A DNA stretch of 41,479 nucleotides from Klebsormidium nitens. Lineage: Eukaryota > Plantae > Klebsormidiophyceae. The notes under the pieces are model-generated. The model was not told the DNA's origin. It saw only the letters and a list, made by a program, of their open reading frames with translations, and searched no databases. The stretch's first letter is position 1. Every line of letters starts with the position of its first letter. Shown here in pieces: positions 33,101-41,479 of the stretch. Location of the stretch: the NCBI GenBank assembly GCA_000708835.1, contig DF237664.1, forward strand, positions 1 through 41,479, given 5' to 3'. Both the position numbers and the translations under genes were made by a program.

Positions 33101-36100
33101 CGGCCTCACCCCGACGGGGGATGCGCTGCTGCTGGCGGTGCGATTGCTGCTGCGGCGCTCGATTTCCAGGGAATACGACTCGACCGACTCGCCGTTGTCG
33201 CGAGCAGGTTTCTGTCAAAGCAAGGCAGAATATCTAGTCGTTAGCAATAGTTTGTTCATAACAATTCATTCTCCCTGTCGGTGAGTCCCCTGGACTGGCG
33301 GTGCTGCTGCGGCGCTCGATCTCCAGCGAATACGACTCGACCGACTCGCTGTTGTCGCGGGCAGGTTTCTGTCCAAGCGGGGCGAAGATTAGGATCAGCT
33401 TATTATTGTTTGATCTCCCCCTGTCAGTGAGTTCTGGTACGAATAGTGGATTGGTAAAAAGTGGATCGAAATGGATCAGAAGAAGGAAGTGCTGCTGCGA
33501 CCCTCGATCTCCAGGGAGTACGACCCCATGGGAATGTCCATAACCGGAACCGGCTTCCGTTTTTGAAGAGGAAAAAGGTGAGTCAGGCCGGCTTGCGGGT
33601 TGGGAAGAAGTGTCTTTCTCTTTGAAAGATCGGGGTTGGACGAAGAATCAGTGCCGCTAGGAAGCAGATTGGGCATTCCTTGAAACGAAGCCGGCTGCCC
33701 TGACAGGCAACGTGACAGCGCATCTTTCCGCGCGAAAGGGCCCCTGACAGATTGAAATCGTGGGGAACGTCAAAAGCAGTAGCCCAATTCGCTGGTTACT
33801 GGGACAGATTAGGAGGCGCGTCAACTCAGCCGCTACAGGATGGCTGTAAAGACAGAAGGTAAAAGATTGCCGCCGACGGAAAGAAGAATGATGCTGCGTG
33901 CATTTGATTACCAGTTTCCTGTTCGAAGGCGGGGTAATCAACTCGGTCTTATCGATGGTCACCAGCAGCCGAATCAGCGGCAGAAAAGGCTGACTGCCAA
34001 GAACTGGTCCAGGCAACGGAATCTTGCAAAGGCCTCGTCTGACAGGGCCTCGTTCCGGCGCCCGGCTCACCTCCCATCTAAGGTGCACGTGGTCGGGCCC
34101 CGTTTCGACGACCGTCGGCGGGGGTGGCGCCTCTGGCTCCGCGGACGCGGTCAAGAGGTATGAGACGGGGCTGAATTCGCTGCTGCCCACCGTGTTGGTC
34201 GCCTGCAAGAAAAACCCGGAAGCCTTGCGATTCTGGACTCGCAGCCCATTGGCTACAGCAGGCATTTTGATTCAGATGGTTTTGGTTCAGAATCTGGTGT
34301 CATGCAGAGACAGTCCACCTCAACAGACTCGATTTCGTAACACCACGTAGCCAGGCCGCTAAAGAAGCGCCCGAATGCAGGGCTGGCGCCGGGTCCCAAC
34401 GGCCACAGCGCCAACAGAAAAACATTGGTCTTACTCTCACATGGAAACTTTTCAAGGTTACGGAGAAGGTTTTTACTTAGTCCTCGGCTGTCAAAAAGCC
34501 TCACCCGCACTCGGAACGCATACAGCGTGTGCGGCATCAGCCCGCCGACCGTCGCCGCCGCGCCCGCGCACACTTCCACATCCTCGAACCGCAGCTCCTC
34601 CCTGGCGCCCCACTCGCTCGCGCGCCCCGCCAGCCCCTTCCTCGAGATCCCATCCTCTCCGGGGGATCCCAGAAGCCCGTCCCCGTCCCCCCCCTCGCTG
34701 AAACTCCCGGGATCGAACGCGGTGTCCTCGTCGACGCTCCCGGTGCCGACGCTTGCGGTCTCGCTCGGCGGCGCGGTTTTGGACCCGGGCGGTTTGAACG
34801 CGTCCGAACTAGAGCGGGCGGTTTCGGCGAGGTCGGTGGAGCTGCTGCTGTCGGCAAGGGCGGGGCGGGGAGCGCGCTCGCCTGCAGAAACGAGAGTCGC
34901 CCTTAAGCACCATCGAAACCCGAGTCTGGCAACTTTCGCAGTAAGAGGAGGTTTGCTAGCGACCGGCCTTTGCTCCCTGAAAAGGCCGGTCGCAATGGCA
35001 TATTAGAAAGAGATCAGTAGAACCCAAAGTCTTTTACTGGAGGATTTGCTCATCCCCCGAAAGTAGCCTCAATCAACTCAGAAACACACCGCAACGTAGT
35101 CATTTTGGTCGGCAATGCTGACTGTTCAATAGCAGGGCTCGGTTGCCTCCAGAAGAAGAATCCTCAGGTCAGAATAGCGATTGAACGTCAACTTCGAATT
35201 CGCTGCGCGTCCGTCTTTGGTGTTCTGCATAAAAGCAAGACTAGCAGCATTTCGGCCACCTCTCCCTCACGAAAGCTTTGGCTTTTGAGTTGGTTCTTCT
35301 TTCTAATACTTGCTTCGGTTTCTTGGCGCCTCAAGTTTTCAAAGCGTCTGCTCTGCAAAAGGTACCCACCTCTCCACGTGTCATGGCCAGAAAGCACGGG
35401 CATGCACATCTGGAGGCAGTACGACAGGACGGGCGCTCCGTTCGCAGCGGGCGGTTCCCAGACGAGCGGGAGCTGGGTTGACGTCATCGTGATGGCAGCG
35501 CTCGGGGCGAGCGTCGGAGGACCGGGGCTGGAGGGATTGCCGGGAAGCGTGTGGAAGACGACGGGGGGGGTCCACGGACTGCTGCCGAGCTTGTTCCACG
35601 TCTGCGTGAGCGGCAAAGCGAGTTTCAGAGAATGTATGTGGGACTTCGTTTGTCGCGGTTTCGTGTTCTTGTGGGACATGCTTGTTTTGGTGACTCCTGG
35701 AAGGCGTTCGCCTCGAGTCCAGACTGCGGAGAGGGGAACTATGTGCACATGGGAGTCACACAGAGGACCTTTTCGTCGTGCAGTTTCTCTATCAAGCTTT
35801 GAGTAAATCTGTTTCCCCAGTCAGGTTCTAGCTTTTCTTCGTGCTTGAGATGGACGGAAGCGGGAAGGCAATTGAAAGACCATTATAGAGGTCCAAAGGC
35901 TGCCGTCAAGCTTGCTCCCCATAGAAAAGGGCGGGGAGGCGAGTAGGACGCAAAGACTATGTCTCTCTGCAAGTCGCGAGATCATCATCTTCTCGCGGCG
36001 CAGCGTGGCAGAGATTCCTATTCGAGATTCGAGTATTTCTTCAACGTGGTTGTAGCAGATTCAAGCGCAGGCAGCAAAAGATGCAGTTCCAGCTCTGAGT

Positions 36101-39100
36101 AGCTTTCCTGCTGGGTTTGAAGGTAGCTCTTTGAAGCTTTTCACATTTCGGTCTCCGAACAACTGTCTGATTATGCAAGTTCTCACTTACTGCTTCCAAC
36201 TTCCAAGCTGACCTTGACATCCGGGTTACTAGAACCGAAACAGCCCCCGCTCACCTGTATCCTAAACGAGTACGCGCATCCTGGCTGCAGCTCCTTAACC
36301 CACACCGCGGTATCCAAACCCGAATATACCGTCCGCCCCCTTCCAAAACTTTCGGACCTTCCACCCCCCTCCCCCATCTCCAATCGATACCCCGCCACCG
36401 CCGAGCCCCCGTCGTGGCGGGGGGGTGCCCACTGCACCAGAACCGCAGTCTGGTGACTGTCCCCCAAAACGGGGGGTTCCAAGCTGTCGGGCGCCGAGGC
36501 TGATGTCATCGCCCGCAGCTCGCCGGACCACTCGCTTAACCCGACCTGGTTAGCGGCCTGCACCCTAACCCGGTAGCTCTGCCCTGGCTGGAGATTAGTT
36601 ACACTGCACGCGCGCGCGGGCCCAACGTAGGCGACCCGCCAACCCCCCCCACGGGGGTGCCAAATCTCAACTCGGTACTCTTCCACCTCTGCGCCGCCGT
36701 CGTCTTCAGGGGGGTCCCAAGCGAGCGTCAACGACGTGGGGCCTCGGCAAGAGATCACTGGGGGGGACAAAAGCACAATTTTTAAATTAACAAAATACAC
36801 ATGCGAATTAGCATCACAAGCGTGCCTGGTATTAGGGACCGCCAAAGAGTGTGGCGCTTTCAAAGCTGTATATTGTTAACATCCGTAGGATGCATCTAGA
36901 CCGAGAAAAATACTGTGTCAAGAGGACGCAGGCTGCAGGACTGGAGGCACCAAGATACTGAATCCCTGGTGAAATGGAGGTACGGTGTGCTGGCAAAGCG
37001 GGGAGGGCAAGAGGCAGAGAACTAAGATGGCAGAAGAGAAAGAGGAACGGTAGCAGAGCAGACAAGCATTCAAGGCGGACCTGGAGGGGTCGGTTTGAAC
37101 GGCTCGGCGCGCCCTGTCCGGACATCGGCCGGGATGCTGAAGGTGCTGCGGCCAACCTCGTTGACCGCAAGCACGCGGCAGCGGTACGTGAATCCGGCGC
37201 GCAGCTGCTGGATCTCGCATATCATCTCGGGGCCTGGGGAAGGGCGGGGCAGGTAACGTCAGCAAAGGGAGGGATGACGTCATCAGAGCAGGAATTGAAG
37301 GACAGGGGTTGAAGTGAGCAGAGCAAGAGCGTCACGCAGCTGCTGGATCCTGCGCATCATTTCAGGGGCTGGAAAGTGCAGTGGTGACGTCAGCAAGAAG
37401 ACCTTCGAAAATTTTGCGGCGCAGCGCTGGGCATTTGCAAAGTGGTTACATTGGTGATAGCACAGGATGTTAGCACAGGGAGTGCATGACGTCATCAAGA
37501 GGGGAAGCTAACGAGGACTCTCGCTTACAGGTGCCAGGTCATCACAGAATAACTACCAGCATTGCCACCCGGAACAGAATCGCATCAATACGGAAGGCCA
37601 TGCTGCAATGCCCCACGCTGGCAATTGCCATCCGACCTGATGAGCGTGTGACCTACAGTTTGAGCTTCGGTTTCTTAACCCAAACCCCTAAACCAACAGA
37701 CAAAAAGGAGCTCTGCACCCGAACCCACCCAGCCCAACAGACTAACCCCACGTGTTTCTGGGCGCCTAACTTAAGCCACATGCAAGTCCCATAGGGTAAT
37801 ACCAGAGTCATTTGCCCCAAATGCATAACGGCAACTGTCCAGGGGGATGCTTCACCTGTATATACCATGGCAAACGCCCCCCCCTCCCCATCGTCAATTT
37901 CCAGCACGTACTCCGTGATCTCCGCTCCCCCCGAGTGCGGCGCCTCCCATCTGAGCGTGACGCTCGTAGCCGTCTGCGCGACCATTTGCGGGGCCTCCGG
38001 TTGTGCGGGCACCGACGGCTGCGTTGAGAAGATCGCCTCCGGGCTGAACGCCCCCGCCCCAATGGAGTTGAACCCCCGCACCCGAAAAGCATAGTCCCGC
38101 CCAGGAACTAGGCGTGCCACTTTGAATGACGTGTCCGACCCCTGGTAGATCTCCACAAAGCCGTCAGGGTCCGCGGACCAGCTCTCCTCTCGTGCCGGGG
38201 GGGGGCGCATCCGCAGCTGGTAGTGGGTCACGGGCTTGCCCCCCGTTTCAGGAGGAGGGGCCCATTTTACCTTGAGGTTGCTGCGTGCGCGGGAGGCGAG
38301 CTGGGGGGGGGTAGGGGGACCAGGGGTGCTGCACTGAGTCCAGAAGAAAGCGGGCATGGGAGGGGGGGGGAGGCGTAGGGGGAGCAAAGGGGGGGGTGGC
38401 GGCGGGCAAGTAACGCACACGGAACCAGTATGACTGGCCTGGTTTGAGCCCTGTGACCTGCACAGGGTAAGGTCGAGATAGGGAGGGATGTGAATGGATG
38501 CTGCAACTGCTAGCGCAGGTTGCCGGTTTGCTGGATCGATTACAGCAAGCCCGGTGAGAAGAGCTTTATCTCGCAGCTTCTATATCAAGTTAGGCAGCAA
38601 CAAGAGAGCTTTCACAATGCTGCTCCACATCCTGTCCACTTGTGGATACAACAGAATTCTCACGCCTCATGTTCTGCAAGAGCGTGGGGCAAGCACGACC
38701 GCCAAAAACCAAAAGAAAGGCAGCAACCAAGAGGAAAACCACAGCATTGCAGCAGACAACCCGTTGACCTTGACAAAGATCAGAGCACCTGTGCTGTCGC
38801 AGGCAGGGATGGTGCATTATGCATCGAGCAGTCGGCAGACACATGCTCGGTGACAAGGAAGATCTGCAAAACAGGGTTGCAATAAGAACAAGCCATCAAC
38901 ATGCTTCGCCGTCAATAGTGCATCCGCAAAAAACACCCCGTTTGGTTCTCACCTGGCACTTGAAGTCCTTGCCGCTATACACGGGCCGCCAGTCCAAACT
39001 CTCTCCAACCAAGCGCTCCCCGTTCCCGACACTCGAACCTGTGTCCCGCACCCCCCGATCAACTGACAACGCCATGTCCAGGAAGTAAAACTGGCACCGA

Positions 39101-40767
39101 GGGCTCTCCTGCCACTCAATTGTGAGGTGCGTGGCAGCCCCCCCTGCGAGCGTTGGTGGGAGGGGCTGCGGAACGGGGGGTTGCGACATTGCCACGGGGA
39201 GCTCTTCCAGGTTCGGGCTGACTGGCTTTCCCCAGTTCAGGGGGCTCTCAGGGCTGCGGCTCTGCCCCCTCTGGCGCCCCCCCCCATTGTCCACTGCGCC
39301 GTTCCTCCTCACATTGTTCGTGCCAGGGGCAGACGTCGCATTGTGGTTCATGGACCCCTGGAAACCCCCACCTTTGCCCAGGCCCTGTGGAGAGTACCGG
39401 CCGGGGGGCTGCCAGCCACCCCTGCCATGCCCCCCGCTCTGCGGACGCCGCATCTGAACCCCTCCTGACGGCCCCTCCCCTTGCTGTGAAACACTCTTCA
39501 GCCCGCGCTGACTTCCCGAACCCCCCGGGGATCCCTGCCATGCCCCGTTGGCCGCCCTGCCGTTGCCCCATCCTGTTGGCTGCGCCTGAGCCGGGGGCGG
39601 CGTTGCAGGCTGCTGCTGGACCCCGCCTCGCTGCTCAGGGCCTGCCGTGATTTTCTGGGGCCGATCTTGTTCCCGTACGGGCAACCCTGGCATGGAGGGC
39701 TTATCAGCTCCCAATTGCAAATCTGCCTCCCGAGCTCTCCCGCTGCCTGTCACTTCTGGGGGTGGTTCCCTCTGCAGTGGCTCATCAGAAGCCGAAACAG
39801 CCTTCGTGATGGAGCCGCCTGGGCTGCTCTCGGGCTCCACACTCTGTGGCCTCTTTTCAGCAGACTCGGCATGGTTTGGTTCGGGCCCACTCCCTGCTGG
39901 AGCCTCTGGCGAGCTCAGGACCTCTCCCGTTGTGCTCAATTGGACAGATCCCGTCTGTTCATTTCCACCACTAGTTCCCTGATGCGTCTCCGCGCTTGTC
40001 CCCTCCCTGCTGACAGGATTCCTCCCGCTTGCTGATGTGGCTCGCTTTGCATCCCTCTGAGCGATTGGAGGATTGTAAGGCGGCAATGGAATTTCTGTCC
40101 GGTCAGGAAGGGGGCCCCTTTTGCCAGCACTCGAGAGATCTTGGACACCACTGATTGGCAGGGGACTGGATTTTGTGTCAGGGTGCAAGGGAGATCGACC
40201 AGACAATGTGCCATTTCTTGCAATCCCGCCTGTCAGCTGCTCATCCTGGGCAATGTTGTCCCCCTTTCCCTCAGCATGTGCAAGCTCCTTCTCAGATCTT
40301 GTTTCCAGATCCTCGGACCCAGGTCTAGGAGACGTCCCTTCCATAGGCCCAGCAGACATGGCCGGGGACATTGGTGGTGCGTACTTGCCAGGCTCGGGTC
40401 TGTCCACAGCACCGTGACACAAACCTGCAGCCAGCAATTTGTCACCTGTTTCGCTCTGAACAGCTGACCTTGCCTCTCTGTTCCCAAGATCAGCATTGAA
40501 GGAAGGTGTGCTCTGTTCTTCTAGAGCAGAAACTGAAAATGGAGCCTCCCTGACATGCCTGACGGGCGATCCAGGTCCAAAGTCGCTCTCTGAGCTCACA
40601 ATGAGGATTGGTATCTCAATGTTGGCCTTGGATTTGGCAGGGGAGGCTTGCTGGGTCGAACTTGGGAATGCCTGTAAAGGTTTGAGGAGGGTGCGGCTAT
40701 TCCGGAGGTCCTTCTCGGAGGAATTTTCAGCTGCGGATAGCGACACTGACAGCTGCCCTGAAGCCAT
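30190..40767 (-). CDS. FNDC3-like protein: long disordered N-terminus, nine fibronectin type III domains and a C-terminal transmembrane tail anchor, ~1640 aa
   Basis: Exons 40767-38953, 38457-37856 (needs a 1-nt correction or an 85-nt intron), 37233-37081, 36757-36255, 35601-35370, 34881-34505, 34202-34071, 33211-32985, 32383-32165, 31715-31595, 31262-31021 and 30490-30190. FN3 signatures are repeated nine times (W.PP..GG....Y ... VY.G ... L.PG..Y.FRV.A.N..G.S). The protein ends AVASLCVALVLIAAFLQWG*. An in-frame TGA lies 9 nt upstream of the ATG. Confidence 0.88.
32583..32984 (-). repeat. Donor-side array: copies of the exon 3' end plus GT donor downstream of exon 33211-32985
   Basis: On the + strand, aaactcactcgcgcacgttcccactgtatacttcctcc..ctcctcgcccttgctggccgccgc occurs at about 32610-32680 and 32765-32830, matching the true exon end at 32978-33050. 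The intronic piece agaagctgggag..gcaaaa recurs at 32583, 32917 and 32951. Confidence 0.88.
33140..33530 (-). repeat. Acceptor-side array: copies of the acceptor plus exon start upstream of exon 33211-32985
   Basis: On the + strand, tgctgctgcggcgctcgat(t/c)tccag(g/c)gaatacgactcgaccgactcgc(c/t)gttgtcgcg(a/g)gcaggtttctgtc occurs at about 33146-33216 (true) and 33302-33373. A more decayed piece lies at 33488-33530. Confidence 0.88.
37171..37400 (-). repeat. Degenerate copy of the acceptor plus exon start upstream of exon 37233-37081
   Basis: True: gcgcagctgctggatctcgcatatcatctcggggcctgggga...aacgtcagcaa. Copy at 37323-37396: acgcagctgctggatcctgcgcatcatttcaggggctggaaa...gacgtcagcaa. Confidence 0.75.
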
Positions 40768-41479
40768 GCCTGCTCAGCTGTGTTCCTGATTCAAGATCTG
40801 GCCCAAAACGAAGGGGACGCTCCTGATCAATCAGCTAAATATACCGGGCTCGTGTGTGTGTGAGGGGCTAAATTCTAGCTCTCCTCCTTTACTCAGCCAG
40901 GTCAAAGGATCTCATGATCATCCTGTGTGCCATGTGGAATTTTGAACACCTTGCCGCTATCAGCTGCATTTCAGCAGTCCCCATGTTGGCGCGAGCTCCA
41001 TCATGCACTGTGTAAATGCGCACTTTCAGAATGTATCCAGGGATCGGCGCACCTGGGTCCTGCGTGCCCTGGCTTCAAAATCAAGCGGCGAAATTCATGA
41101 GGGTTGATTTATAACCACTGTTTTAGCGACTGTGAAAGTGATAACCGGGGCATCTGGTCGCCGTGTATTGAGTAACATGTGCGACGTCCCACGACATAAC
41201 CAGCAAAATCTGTGCACGTTGAACCCACGACGTCCCACGTCCTTTGATCAGCAGGTTTGACCTGGAAGTCGCTGCCAAGTCAGAGCACGTGCGAACCACG
41301 GCGACGGAAAAAGCGGAGTTCCTTGGTCACTGGTCGCCAATTGCGGCCCGCTGATGTCCGTACTTGGCTCTTGCACGTTGATTGCCCTTAGGGTTTTACA
41401 GGGTTTACTCTAGGTACCCAGGATTAGGGTTTGGAAAGCTGCAAAAAGGATGAACAATCTGAGGACACCACGCTCATCA

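Noticed and set aside
35105-35806. 233-aa plus-strand ORF and other long antisense ORFs over the FN3 gene
   Set aside because: They are shadows of GC-rich coding exons on the opposite strand and have no independent motifs.
41388-41432. Chromosome end
   Set aside because: Only two TTAGGGTTT units embedded in unique sequence, not a terminal array.

Overview
Eukaryotic, intron-rich nuclear sequence with GT-AG introns, CTGAC/CTAAC branch sites and GC-rich exons. The style suggests a green alga or streptophyte alga such as Klebsormidium, which is inference only. Six spliced genes were reconstructed by hand, all with consistent exon phases, in strictly alternating orientation: taxilin (+), mitochondrial acyl carrier protein (-), TM9SF/EMP70 (+), an 11-exon bacterial-style HisC-family PLP aminotransferase with no evident transit peptide (-), mitochondrial PDH E1-beta (+), and a ~1640-aa protein with nine FN3 domains and a C-terminal tail anchor, i.e. 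animal FNDC3 architecture (-). The most striking unexplained structure is a set of 'exon-edge echo' arrays. These are tandem intronic copies of a splice site plus the adjacent 25-70 nt of exon, generally more decayed with distance from the real exon. They occur in three genes, on both acceptor and donor sides, and the clearest ones sit next to exons with very high GC3. The window also has intronic telomere-like repeats, a 324-N gap inside one array, and a probable homopolymer frameshift in the FN3 gene. No rRNA, tRNA, CRISPR array or intact transposon was recognised.
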